Shown here: piece by piece, positions 26,327-35,056 of the stretch
How the letters are laid out: each line of letters starts with the position of its first letter
How positions within the stretch are numbered: position 1 is the first letter of the stretch
Origin: a virus
Taxonomy: Duplodnaviria > Caudoviricetes
Length of the DNA: 38,414 nucleotides
Direction: 5' to 3' (one strand)
Virus record (IMG/VR): IMGVR_UViG_3300027790_000527
Location: 1 to 38,414 of that record
The notes under the pieces: generated by a model
Databases searched by the model: none
What the model saw: the letters and a program-made list of their open reading frames with translations, nothing else
What the model was told of the DNA's origin: nothing
Translations under genes and position numbers: made by a program

Positions 26327-27127
26327 TCAGTTACTTGCCACGTCCATTTCAGGCAGGAATTTAAGCACCACTTCGGTCAATCCTTCGAGTGGGGTAAAGG
26401 TCAGCATGACGATTCCGTCCGTTGTGGCCGTCCGGATGATGCACTCGCCGTAAACGTCCAGCGGGCATTCCTCATCAAGCCAGATGAGATCCTGCGCCGT
26501 ACCCTCGAAGCTACCCCGCCCTTGGTGGAACGACTTGAAGCCCAAGAGGCTTTGCCCCCCAGAAGCATGGCGGATCTTGACCGTATCTATCAGGTTGGGA
26601 ACGCCAGATTTCCAAGTGATGCTGTCGCGCACGATGCTATTGCCCAGGATGATACCCTCACCCGTCACGCCTTTGCGTTCAGCGCCCTCAAGAACCTCGC
26701 CCAGCAATTCCTTTTGCAGAATGTCGCGCGTTGTTTCGCCGTTCTTGCCTGCCACCCACGCCCTTATGGGTTTTGTAAACCTGCGCCCACGCCACCAGTG
26801 CGGATACCAGCCCGTCAGGTGGCAGGCCGTTTCATAGCCGCCCATGCCGAACGTCTTGCCAATACGGTTGGCAGCGAGGGCACAGCGCTCCCGATAGTTC
26901 GCGCCGGCCTCGAAGAACTCCATGTGCTTTGGGTACTTCTGCCGCGCGTGATAGAAGCGCGTGTTACCCTCGCCATAGTCCACTTCATGGTCTGCATCAG
27001 GGTAGATATGCAGCAGCTTTTGTTGCCGTGTACGTCGCTGCTTCTCAATCAGCAGCGCAAGCAAATGCTCTCGCTGTGAGCGTGGTAAACTGTCCAGCTC
27101 AGCCAGCGCCGTTGCTGTGATCTGCAT
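26327..27127 (-). CDS. terL: Terminase large subunit, N-terminal ATPase part (266 aa)
   Basis: AANRIGKT Walker A, IWLDEE Walker B, TFTP coupling motif (P22 gp2-like). Confidence 0.9.
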   Translation of the reverse strand: MQITATALAELDSLPRSQREHLLALLIEKQRRTRQQKLLHIYPDADHEVDYGEGNTRFYHARQKYPKHMEFFEAGANYRERCALAANRIGKTFGMGGYETACHLTGWYPHWWRGRRFTKPIRAWVAGKNGETTRDILQKELLGEVLEGAERKGVTGEGIILGNSIVRDSITWKSGVPNLIDTVKIRHASGGQSLLGFKSFHQGRGSFEGTAQDLIWLDEECPLDVYGECIIRTATTDGIVMLTFTPLEGLTEVVLKFLPEMDVASN

Positions 27128-27585
27128 TAGGTGTCTGTCTGCGCCTTGATGCTTTTGGACAGCTTGGCAATCTCAGCGTTAAGCTTGTCGTCGCTCATTT
27201 CGCTGGTGGCAAGGTGGCCGGAGTGTTCGATCTTCGAGCTATCGCCAAACGTGGCGCGGTCAAGCGATTTCAAGAGGAACATCAGCAACGTGTCGCTGTA
27301 TTTGATCTTTTGCCCAACAACATGCCCGTCAACAATGATTGGCTCTGCCACGCCCTCGACCGCCCGCCGCCTAGCCTCATCCTGCAGAGTGTCAATTCCT
27401 TCCTGCTTCGCTTCCTTCCAGGCAGTCCGGAACTCTGGATCCTCATCGCGCCACTGGTAGACCCGCTGCCGTGTCTTTTCGATTGCCCGGGCAGCCCCTG
27501 TCACAGTGTAGCCGTGCGCAAGCTTATCAATGAACAGGGCCTTCTCCCCATCCATGCGCATTTGCTCTACGGTCTGTTCTGACAT
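27127..27585 (-). CDS. terS: Terminase small subunit (152 aa)
   Basis: N-terminal HTH (VTGAARAI...VYQWR), EARRRAVEG, KYSDTLLMFLLK; TAATG coupling to TerL. Confidence 0.85.
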   Translation of the reverse strand: MSEQTVEQMRMDGEKALFIDKLAHGYTVTGAARAIEKTRQRVYQWRDEDPEFRTAWKEAKQEGIDTLQDEARRRAVEGVAEPIIVDGHVVGQKIKYSDTLLMFLLKSLDRATFGDSSKIEHSGHLATSEMSDDKLNAEIAKLSKSIKAQTDT

Positions 27586-27609
27586 TTTCGCGTGTTACCG
27601 TTGCCTCAA

Positions 27610-28089
27610 TCAGCCGGTGCTGGCAGGCCAACTGGCGATGATCAGATCCTTTTCCTGCTCCGTAAGGTCATTCTGGGGATCTGCCACCAGCAGCGTCAGA
27701 AACACAGCCACGTCATCGCGCTCCAAGGCGTTTGCGGCCAGATAGCGCTCATACGAGAAGGCTGTGTCAGGATTGGTGGACGCCTTGATCTGGTTCATTA
27801 CAGACACATATCGCGCCCGGCCTGTGGCGTCGCCGCCCAGCTGCACCACGCACAAATCCTGAAACTGAACCTTCGACAGCGAAGAATAGGTTGGCTCAAC
27901 CGCGCGAGGGATCGGGTTGGTAAAGGTGCCGTCGCCATTGTCTCGGGCGCCGTGCTTGGTCCCGTCTGGGACCAGGGTAAACACCCACGCATCCGCGATC
28001 GGGCCAAAGATTGCCTTGGCAGCCTCAGCGGAAGCTGCCACCACGGGATCAAAGGCAATCCCGCTTTCAATGCGTGCAAAAGTCGTCAA
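27610..28089 (-). CDS. Putative tail-fibre assembly/accessory protein (159 aa)
   Basis: FARIESG N-terminus, VPDGT...G...DGTFTNP; follows the Gly-rich gene. Confidence 0.55.
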   Translation of the reverse strand: MTTFARIESGIAFDPVVAASAEAAKAIFGPIADAWVFTLVPDGTKHGARDNGDGTFTNPIPRAVEPTYSSLSKVQFQDLCVVQLGGDATGRARYVSVMNQIKASTNPDTAFSYERYLAANALERDDVAVFLTLLVADPQNDLTEQEKDLIIASWPASTG

Positions 28090-28099
28090 TGCCCGTCTC

Positions 28100-29212
28100 C
28101 TATGCTGCAGGTAGTGTCAGGGTGGTGCCCTTGAGGGCCGCGCTGCCGTCTGTGGTGCGATAGGCGATCATGGCCCAGCCGTCGCCACCGTCGCCAGCGG
28201 AAGCCTGACCGCCGCCTGACCAGTTATGGGCAGCGGCACCACCAGCACCATGGCCACCAAGACCACCATTTGTTTTTGACGAAGCAGTGCTATATGAAAC
28301 GCCGCCGCCACCGCCGCCGAACGCGCCGCCATTGCCGCCATCATCCGCAGTCCCTGTGTCACTTACCTTGCCAGTGCCTCCGCCAAGATCATGTGATCCG
28401 CCCACACCCACGGTAAGCCCGACATCGCTGCCGATGTTTGCCACTGGCTCAACGGCAAAGATCCCGGTTGAGAAATGTGTTACTTCAAGCGTGTAAGGGT
28501 CAATAGACGCCACGCTGGGCACAAGGATGCCAGGGTAGCGGCTGCCGCCAATATTCGCGAAGCCAGCGCCAAGTTCCCCGTCAGCGGCAGCATGCCCAAG
28601 CTTGGGCGCACCGCCACCAGTGCCATGGTATTGCAGGTCAGCGTCACCGCCGTTGCCGCCATCGCCAAAGATGGTAGCGGCTGCCCCGCCACCTGTGGCC
28701 GTGAAGGTGTTGTTCGCATACCCACTGCGGCCACCTGTGAACTGGAAGTCGCCCCCCGATCCAGTACCGCCAGCTGCGTAGTTTGTGGTTGAAACCGTAG
28801 CACCGCCCAAGCCACCCAAGCCACCAGTCGCGCTCAAGGTCAGGGCGCCATCAAAGCCTGTAATGGAAGACGCGCCGCCCGCTATGCCGTCAGTTGTTTC
28901 AGACCCCGAAGTGACGCCGCCTGCGCCAAGCGTGATGGTCAGGTCATTGCCCGGCGTTACCGCCATGAGGCCACCAGCGCAACCGCCGCCGCCGCCGCCC
29001 GTGTTCGCCTTGCCGCCTGTGTTGTTGCGCGATTGACCACCGGATCCACCCGCCCCACCAACGGCCACAAACACCTCTGTAACGCCAGCGGGCGGCGTCC
29101 AGGTATGAACACCGGCACCCGTGAACTCCACGACAGTAAAGTCTAGGAAGCCGACATTGCCAACCAACGAGCTGCCAACGGCAGACGCCAGAATATCGCT
29201 CGCCTTAAGCAT
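28100..29212 (-). CDS. Glycine-rich adhesin/tail-fibre-like protein (370 aa)
   Basis: TWTPPAGVTEVFV..GAGGSGG, many GGGG runs, C-terminal GDGGDGWAMI. Confidence 0.75.
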   Translation of the reverse strand: MLKASDILASAVGSSLVGNVGFLDFTVVEFTGAGVHTWTPPAGVTEVFVAVGGAGGSGGQSRNNTGGKANTGGGGGGCAGGLMAVTPGNDLTITLGAGGVTSGSETTDGIAGGASSITGFDGALTLSATGGLGGLGGATVSTTNYAAGGTGSGGDFQFTGGRSGYANNTFTATGGGAAATIFGDGGNGGDADLQYHGTGGGAPKLGHAAADGELGAGFANIGGSRYPGILVPSVASIDPYTLEVTHFSTGIFAVEPVANIGSDVGLTVGVGGSHDLGGGTGKVSDTGTADDGGNGGAFGGGGGGVSYSTASSKTNGGLGGHGAGGAAAHNWSGGGQASAGDGGDGWAMIAYRTTDGSAALKGTTLTLPAA

Positions 29213-29269
29213 CAGTATTTTACCTTCTTTCTGGGGGGTGGGGTCAGTGCCTGCAGGTCCGTCAGACCG

Positions 29270-29578
29270 TTAAAGCATCTTGAAGTTGATGGTGGTGCCG
29301 CCTTGTACCGGCAGCATGCGCGGCGCGCGGTTCAGGCAGAGGGCGCCAGTCGTTTCCGCGCCAAACGCCGTAGCCACGCGAGCCACAACATCGCAGGAAA
29401 GTGCCGTGATAAGCGCGAAACGTGCGCCTGGCGGCACTGCAACAGATGATACCTGAGACTGGCTGGCTGCCAATGTGTCGAAGGCCTCATCGCCATAGGA
29501 CATTGGCTTGGCGCCGACCACGCTGCCATTCTCTGCCGGAAGGGCCTTCACCCACTCAATTCTGACGTTATCGGCCAT
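29270..29578 (-). CDS. Small beta-rich hypothetical virion protein (102 aa)
   Basis: GGGGAG SD-like sequence, operon packing, beta-strand-like pattern. Confidence 0.65.
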   Translation of the reverse strand: MADNVRIEWVKALPAENGSVVGAKPMSYGDEAFDTLAASQSQVSSVAVPPGARFALITALSCDVVARVATAFGAETTGALCLNRAPRMLPVQGGTTINFKML

Positions 29579-29601
29579 GCTTCAACTCCCCTAGCGTGCC
29601 G

Positions 29602-29985
29602 TTAAGGCACAACCACATCATTGTTGGCGCCAAAGGAATCCGGCAGGATCACACTGGCAAGGCAGCGAGAATCCAGCAGATCCATAAGCGGTTTCACTTG
29701 TTCAGCGTAAAGAACCCCTGCCACCCGGCGCAGCTCTGCAACGTCTTCCGCGGATACATAAGGCGAGGTGGCATAAAGCTGGATGCCCGCCTCAATATCG
29801 GCCACGCGGTCAGGAAGGCGGGATAGCGCCTTCACAACGGATAGCATTTCGCCGTTCAACTTTTGGCGCCGGCCATCATCAAGCCCAGCTACCAAGGTCA
29901 GTTTTTCATCCAGCGTCATTTCAACGATGGTCTTGGTTTCAAGCCCCACTTCGACGCCGCCGATCGTGTCGTTATTACTAGCCAA
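29602..29985 (-). CDS. Hypothetical protein (about 127 aa; TTG start inferred)
   Basis: AAGGAG 9 nt before TTG at 29985; helical sequence. Confidence 0.6.
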   Translation of the reverse strand: MASNNDTIGGVEVGLETKTIVEMTLDEKLTLVAGLDDGRRQKLNGEMLSVVKALSRLPDRVADIEAGIQLYATSPYVSAEDVAELRRVAGVLYAEQVKPLMDLLDSRCLASVILPDSFGANNDVVVP

Positions 29986-30277
29986 TTTCAATCGCTCCTT
30001 CTGTCGCAAAGACGCGCCAATCGTAAGCGTCGTCAGAGATAAGCAGTTTTCGGGTTACGCCGTCGTCATAGAGGATCATGCAGTTTGGCCCGTAAGCAGC
30101 GTCTGCAGCATCTGGCAGTGACGTATGTAGGTGCATGTTGATGGTAGTACCCACGGAAAGCTTTGCTTCCGCGGTTACTTCGCGACCAAAGGCGAAAGGC
30201 TGGCTAAACTTGAAACGCTTACCCACCCACTCAAGGCCCCGCAGAAACAGGCCCATATTGTTTTCAGTTATGCGCAT
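29978..30277 (-). CDS. Hypothetical protein (99 aa)
   Basis: GGAG SD, overlaps the stop of the upstream gene. Confidence 0.6.
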   Translation of the reverse strand: MRITENNMGLFLRGLEWVGKRFKFSQPFAFGREVTAEAKLSVGTTINMHLHTSLPDAADAAYGPNCMILYDDGVTRKLLISDDAYDWRVFATEGAIEIG

Positions 30278-32676
30278 GCGACTATCTCCCGAAGACGGTA
30301 AGACGGCATCCGGATAAGCGCCTCCGCAGCCGTCGTGATCAGCAGATCACCGTTTGCGGCATCAAGTGCCGTTATGGTGTTCGAGGTGATGGCGCTGTTG
30401 TTTGTGTCGATCACCTCCAGAACCTGCAGCGTGCGAGCATCCAGAACGATCACGCCGGATCCTGCAGTGCCCACATAGAAGCGTGACTTGCTGGCATCCT
30501 GAGCAATCGCGGAAATGGGTGATGTTGTTCCAAGGCTGGCAGTGCCGCCTGGCTTAAACATGCCTGCCTCTAGCTGGTCCATCAGTTGGACCTGATCCGC
30601 TGTCGGGCACCCTGAGCCACCTGCAATGAAGGCCATAGCCCCTTGATCCAGCGTTCCAAGGCCACCGATCGGATCAGACCCGAAGCGCAGGATGGCGTTT
30701 GCCAGCGACACATTGCCTGCAGCTGCACCAGACGCCACCAGTTTGCCGTCAAAATAGACATAGCCAATCCCGGATTTGCGGCCTACCACCACCCGATGCC
30801 AATTGCCGTCATTGATGGGCACATAAGCGTTTATATCGGCGCTGGCCACCTTAAACTTGAGCCACCCCACAGTGTAGACGGACAGCACCCAAGCGCGGGT
30901 TGTTCCGTCATCATACGAGGCAAGAACGCCTGTTACTTCATCCGTTTTCACCGATACCTTGTGCCAAAAATCCCCTGTACCATACTCAAGGTCAGACGAG
31001 TGCGGAATGTAAGGGAAGTTACCGTCATCAAACGGACCGTAGGCGACAGCCTCAGCGCCTGCAGCTACTGCGGCCTTGGTCAGTGCGCCCGTGATCACGG
31101 CAGCGCTTTCGTTACCGCTGTGATCACGGATAACCGCGTCTGCCCTCGCATATTCCATTGTGGAAGACCCACCAGCCACCGAGCCTTCTGCAATCACGAC
31201 GGTGACGCTGTTCAGTCCCGACACGTCAAATGTCTTTTTGGCAACCTCTACGACCGATGATTGGATGAAACCCAGGTCTGGGGCAGTGGCGAATGCAGAA
31301 ACGGTATGTAGGCCGACGCGCAGGGCATTGCTGGCGGCTGTTTTGGCTACCCGATCAACAGACAGTTGCAAGGTATCTATGCCGGTAACGTCTATGGTCT
31401 GAAAAACACCCATCCAGACGGAATTGGCGCCTTGCTGAATGACAAGTTGACCTGCAACAACCGATACGCTGCCCCCATCTGAGCCGTTGAGGTCAACGGT
31501 CCAATTGGTTAAGTCAACGTCAAACCCGTCGTTGTTGATGGGCTGCGCGGCTGTTACTGACCCTGTGGAAGTGTCGGCCATCAGGCAGTAAGTGGTATCG
31601 CCCACAATGCAGCCGGACGCATAGTCATTGGTCAGATGAAAGACCATGCCGGTAGTAGGTGCATCAGGTTCGCGGAACAGCGCAGTGAAGCCACCATTGC
31701 CATTGACATCATCTGTGGCCAAAAGCACCGCATCAGTTTCTGTGGCGACCAAACCAACCACTTTGTCATTCGAAGCCCCCGGCCCGCCTTTGATTGATGG
31801 CGCTGTCGCATAATTGTACTGTTCGGCATAGGCCGTTTCGGCAATGTCCGTTTCCGGGATGTCAAAGATCTGTATTTGGTTCGAGTATTTCCCGGTTGCG
31901 ACAAGGCGACTATCCGCAGTGAAATCCACATGTAGAATTTCGCTGACCTGACCGGTGATGTTTACCACCTTGTCCTTGTCGGCTCTCGTCCCGGTAGGGT
32001 TGATCACAGACAGCCCGCCCGCGGTAGCTACCGCCACAGTTTGATACGGCAGCTCCCGGCTTTCATCCATTTCAGCGCCAGGCAGCACTGTCGCGGCCAC
32101 ATCGTTGACCTTTTCATGCACAATGACCGGCAGCGTTGCATCAGCGGTGAAGCCTGCGCCAGTGTTCCGCTCAGAAATATCACCGGCATAAGCCGCACTG
32201 TTACTTGTGTAGATGGTATCGGCTTGGTCATTGATGAAATCAACCCGATACAAGCCAGCGCCGTTCGCGCCGTTGTTGCCGACATACATAATGCCATCAA
32301 GGAAAGTGGTGCATGCGTGCGCTACACCCCCAAGCGTGCCGGTGCGCGCCAGAATACCCTGCGCGGCGGCGTTGTCGAAATTCATCCACATCGGCGTGGT
32401 CACAGGGTCACTGCAATCGAAGATGGTCAGCGCGTCGGCCTGTAGCACGATCGGCTTCACTTTAGGCATAGGCCCATAGGCGCCCCGGCCTACTGTATTC
32501 AAAGGCTCCATCTGCCAGCTCTTACCATTCACCCCGTCAAACGTGTGCTTGCCTAGGGTGTCGATTACTGGCGCCGAGAGGCAGCAGCCTACAATATCCG
32601 CAGCCGTAACCAGCACGCGCTCAACAGCGTCCAACTCCCCACCCGCTGAATGGGGGCTTGATGGAAAGGTAAACAT
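30268..32676 (-). CDS. Large beta-rich putative receptor-binding protein with carbohydrate-binding-like and LamG/concanavalin A-like domains (about 802 aa)
   Basis: Start MFTFPS with GGAG SD; INDGNWHRVVVGRKSG...YFDGKL LamG motif; NNDGFDVDLTNWT CBM-like start; propeller-like VAVATAGGLSVI strands. Confidence 0.75.
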   Translation of the reverse strand: MFTFPSSPHSAGGELDAVERVLVTAADIVGCCLSAPVIDTLGKHTFDGVNGKSWQMEPLNTVGRGAYGPMPKVKPIVLQADALTIFDCSDPVTTPMWMNFDNAAAQGILARTGTLGGVAHACTTFLDGIMYVGNNGANGAGLYRVDFINDQADTIYTSNSAAYAGDISERNTGAGFTADATLPVIVHEKVNDVAATVLPGAEMDESRELPYQTVAVATAGGLSVINPTGTRADKDKVVNITGQVSEILHVDFTADSRLVATGKYSNQIQIFDIPETDIAETAYAEQYNYATAPSIKGGPGASNDKVVGLVATETDAVLLATDDVNGNGGFTALFREPDAPTTGMVFHLTNDYASGCIVGDTTYCLMADTSTGSVTAAQPINNDGFDVDLTNWTVDLNGSDGGSVSVVAGQLVIQQGANSVWMGVFQTIDVTGIDTLQLSVDRVAKTAASNALRVGLHTVSAFATAPDLGFIQSSVVEVAKKTFDVSGLNSVTVVIAEGSVAGGSSTMEYARADAVIRDHSGNESAAVITGALTKAAVAAGAEAVAYGPFDDGNFPYIPHSSDLEYGTGDFWHKVSVKTDEVTGVLASYDDGTTRAWVLSVYTVGWLKFKVASADINAYVPINDGNWHRVVVGRKSGIGYVYFDGKLVASGAAAGNVSLANAILRFGSDPIGGLGTLDQGAMAFIAGGSGCPTADQVQLMDQLEAGMFKPGGTASLGTTSPISAIAQDASKSRFYVGTAGSGVIVLDARTLQVLEVIDTNNSAITSNTITALDAANGDLLITTAAEALIRMPSYRLREIVACA

Positions 32677-32700
32677 TGCGTTCTCCGGGGGTTGAAGCTC

Positions 32701-32743
32701 AAAAAAGTAGCGCGACAGCACCGATGGGGGTGGGCTGTCGCGC
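32701..32743 (-). terminator. Terminator/attenuator in the leader of the late operon
   Basis: Perfect 10-bp stem GCGCGACAGC/GCTGTCGCGC followed on minus by TACTTTTTT. Confidence 0.7.
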
Positions 32744-32770
32744 GCAACTGTGACCAAACAGTGATGGAAG

Positions 32771-32798
32771 GATCTGGCCAATTCGCAATTGTCAGATC
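32771..32798. promoter_or_regulatory. Imperfect inverted repeat (operator or RNA hairpin)
   Basis: GATCTG-GC-CAATT-CGC-AATTG-T-CAGATC. Confidence 0.4.
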
Positions 32799-32816
32799 AT
32801 GCCAAGCATTATCTTC

Positions 32817-33227
32817 TTACCGTCCCGCAGGGTCAATACGGGTCAAAGGATCCGTTCGTTCACCTTTGGTTCGCGGCTCATGGATGACTGATAGAATACC
32901 AACCTTGGTCAAATCCTCGACAAACAGTCTCAACACATGCTTTGCAGGATCGTTTACGCGCCGCTCTGAAAACTGCCGGTGTGCTTCGCGGGCGATGCGA
33001 CCTATCAAAATATCAAGGTCAGATTGTTCGATCTCCCTCGGATTCCGCCCCGGTGGCGCCCAACCCATCTGAACCAGCGCCTGCCTGACGGCCTTCTCCT
33101 GCGTATCCAGTACCTGATAGGCCATTGTCTGCGCTTGCTGGCCTGGCCATACCGTGCGCGTCATGATCTTGCCGTCATCGGTGAAGCCAGCCTCAACCGT
33201 TACTTTCAATATTTCACTTCTTTCCAT
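32817..33227 (-). CDS. Hypothetical protein (start 33227 or 33242)
   Basis: GAGG SD; LDTQEKAVRQALVQMGWAPP motif. Confidence 0.7.
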   Translation of the reverse strand: MERSEILKVTVEAGFTDDGKIMTRTVWPGQQAQTMAYQVLDTQEKAVRQALVQMGWAPPGRNPREIEQSDLDILIGRIAREAHRQFSERRVNDPAKHVLRLFVEDLTKVGILSVIHEPRTKGERTDPLTRIDPAGR

Positions 33228-33801
33228 GCTTTTCCTCGCCATATTTCAGCATCCTGTCCACGTCTTCGATCGTTTCCTTGACCCGCGGCCCGTATCGCTT
33301 GAACAGGTTTTCCTCACTGCCCTCAGTTGGGTCTGCGCAATAAATCTCGTCAGCCTGCAGCTCTCGCCCTCCTAACGCCGCACCAATGCCGTTAATACTT
33401 GCCCCGCGGAGGGCGCCGACCATGACGCGGTGTTCATCTTCGTCGGGTCGCAGGTTTTGCCAAATCTGCTGGTACATAGCCGCGTCCATGTCGTGCGTGT
33501 CTTTGTGCGCCTGCAGCACTTCCAAATTGAAAGGGCTGACTGACTGCCTTTCCACAACCCACCGCAAGAGCGCCGCCACTACATTCTCTATCGGCATACG
33601 AATGGGCGCATACAGTGCAAAGTCTCGGTAGTCGGCCTGCAGCCGGTAGTGGCTGATTTTGGATGTTACTGGCGCATCAGCCCCGACCTCGGGCGGCGCT
33701 TTTTCAGGCCAGTGGGCAACGAAATCCTGCAGCTTGGACGGCAGCACCTCTTGCCGCCCGTGCAACTCACCGCCAACGAATAGTGCCTGTACTTTAGTCA
33801 T
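33214..33801 (-). CDS. Hypothetical protein (about 195 aa)
   Basis: LFVGGELHG N-terminal motif common in phage hypotheticals; SD before MTKVQ. Confidence 0.65.
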   Translation of the reverse strand: MTKVQALFVGGELHGRQEVLPSKLQDFVAHWPEKAPPEVGADAPVTSKISHYRLQADYRDFALYAPIRMPIENVVAALLRWVVERQSVSPFNLEVLQAHKDTHDMDAAMYQQIWQNLRPDEDEHRVMVGALRGASINGIGAALGGRELQADEIYCADPTEGSEENLFKRYGPRVKETIEDVDRMLKYGEEKHGKK

Positions 33802-34009
33802 TCGGCGCCCCCTTCTCTTCAAGTCGCGCCGTTACGGCTTTTAACTGCTTCCGACATTCCCGAAGTTGGCGTCGCAAGCCAGCGTTGCTTGCTTCGATCT
33901 TGTCCATATATGCCGCCGCTTCATCCAAGTCGAAGGCGTCTTCGTCGTCGCACTCGCCCCCTTGGTGTAGGTGATCGGCTAATGCTCGTAGTTTGTGATG
34001 GTGTGTCAT
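33794..34009 (-). CDS. Hypothetical protein (71 aa)
   Basis: ATGA coupling, GGAGG SD, C-terminal coiled coil. Confidence 0.65.
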   Translation of the reverse strand: MTHHHKLRALADHLHQGGECDDEDAFDLDEAAAYMDKIEASNAGLRRQLRECRKQLKAVTARLEEKGAPND

Positions 34010-34224
34010 GCGCCCTCCATCGGTTTGTATTGGTATCGCCAGACCCAGACGCCATCGGGGTAGGTGAATGACCGCTTCCCTTTGCGCCTGACGGCTTCAA
34101 GCCACCGGCATTCGGTCGCGGATACACGCACAGGGCGCCACGCGAACCAGTTATGCCAGCGCTGCTTACGGACCCGGCGCACACGGCACCAGATCCTAAA
34201 GTTGAAGCTGCAGCGGATCCTCAA
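34006..34224 (-). CDS. Trp/Arg-rich hypothetical protein (72 aa)
   Basis: WHNWFAWRPVRV...RWLEAVRRK motif; AAGGAG SD. Confidence 0.65.
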   Translation of the reverse strand: MRIRCSFNFRIWCRVRRVRKQRWHNWFAWRPVRVSATECRWLEAVRRKGKRSFTYPDGVWVWRYQYKPMEGA

Positions 34225-34229
34225 GCGGC

Positions 34230-34844
34230 CTACTCCTTACACTCGGCGCAAGGCGGGTTCTCGCCCGGCAGTGTGAAGCATGGCGGATCGCCAAACCCTG
34301 CACACCGGTTGCGGCAGGCTGCTTCCTCTGCTTGGGTGTAATTGGCGCCTTCTGACGTGTCCTGTGCCGCTCGCGCCGCTTCCACGGCTTGCTGTACCTG
34401 CCGATCAAGACTTTCAACAGCTGCGACGGCCAGAGCGGCCACCTGCACCATGCGGCGGCGATATTCTGGCAGATCCGTGCCGTTTAACGACACGATCGCA
34501 TCGCCAGCCTTTTCCAGCTTGTCGTCAATGAACTTGAACCAGTCCTCAAAGGTGTTGCGATCGTCATTTTCTTCGCCGCCGTGCTTTTCATCCTGCGCGT
34601 ACCGCTCAAGCGCGACCTCGCGCATGTGTGGATCTGTCAGCAGCTCAGACAGGACCGGTATCAACACCCAATCGCCGCGCTGTGTGTCGATCGTGTTGGC
34701 TGCCGCCACCATTGCCGCGCCGATCTCGGCCAGGCTGAGAGCTTCATCTTTGCGGCGCTTCGAAAACTGGTTGATCTTGAGCAGGATCTTGTTGCCCAGA
34801 TCCGTTACCACTTCCGGGCGCACGGTTGCTTGTTCGTGGTTCAT
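34230..34844 (-). CDS. Hypothetical protein with degenerate MazG/NTP-PPase-like domain and C-terminal Cys cluster (204 aa)
   Basis: EV..ER..QDEKHG...W...VQVAALAVAAVESLDR; CRNRC...C...CAEC. Confidence 0.6.
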   Translation of the reverse strand: MNHEQATVRPEVVTDLGNKILLKINQFSKRRKDEALSLAEIGAAMVAAANTIDTQRGDWVLIPVLSELLTDPHMREVALERYAQDEKHGGEENDDRNTFEDWFKFIDDKLEKAGDAIVSLNGTDLPEYRRRMVQVAALAVAAVESLDRQVQQAVEAARAAQDTSEGANYTQAEEAACRNRCAGFGDPPCFTLPGENPPCAECKE

Positions 34845-35056
34845 TCTTCTTCCTTTCCGTTTAGGGCCAAGTCGCGGAACCCCCGCAGGGCCTGCATGTA
34901 TTCTTCAATGTCGAATGGGCTGTTGGCGTATGCCTCGGCCATATCTAGGGCCATTTCCAGCCCCGCCCCTACGCCGCGGCGCCAAGCAGCTTGCAGCTCT
35001 TTAGCCACCAGATCCTTTGCCTTCTCGATGAGCAAATCATCCGCTTTAGTGGTCAT
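34841..35056 (-). CDS. Hypothetical protein (71 aa)
   Basis: ATGA overlaps on both sides. Confidence 0.65.
   Translation of the reverse strand: MTTKADDLLIEKAKDLVAKELQAAWRRGVGAGLEMALDMAEAYANSPFDIEEYMQALRGFRDLALNGKEEE

Noticed and set aside
27610-32676. Diversity-generating retroelement or invertible tail-fibre switch
   Set aside because: No reverse transcriptase, invertase or TR/VR-like repeat pair was seen by eye in this window
32785-32806. Sigma54 promoter (TGGCA...TTGC on minus strand)
   Set aside because: GG-to-GC spacing exceeds the required 10 nt
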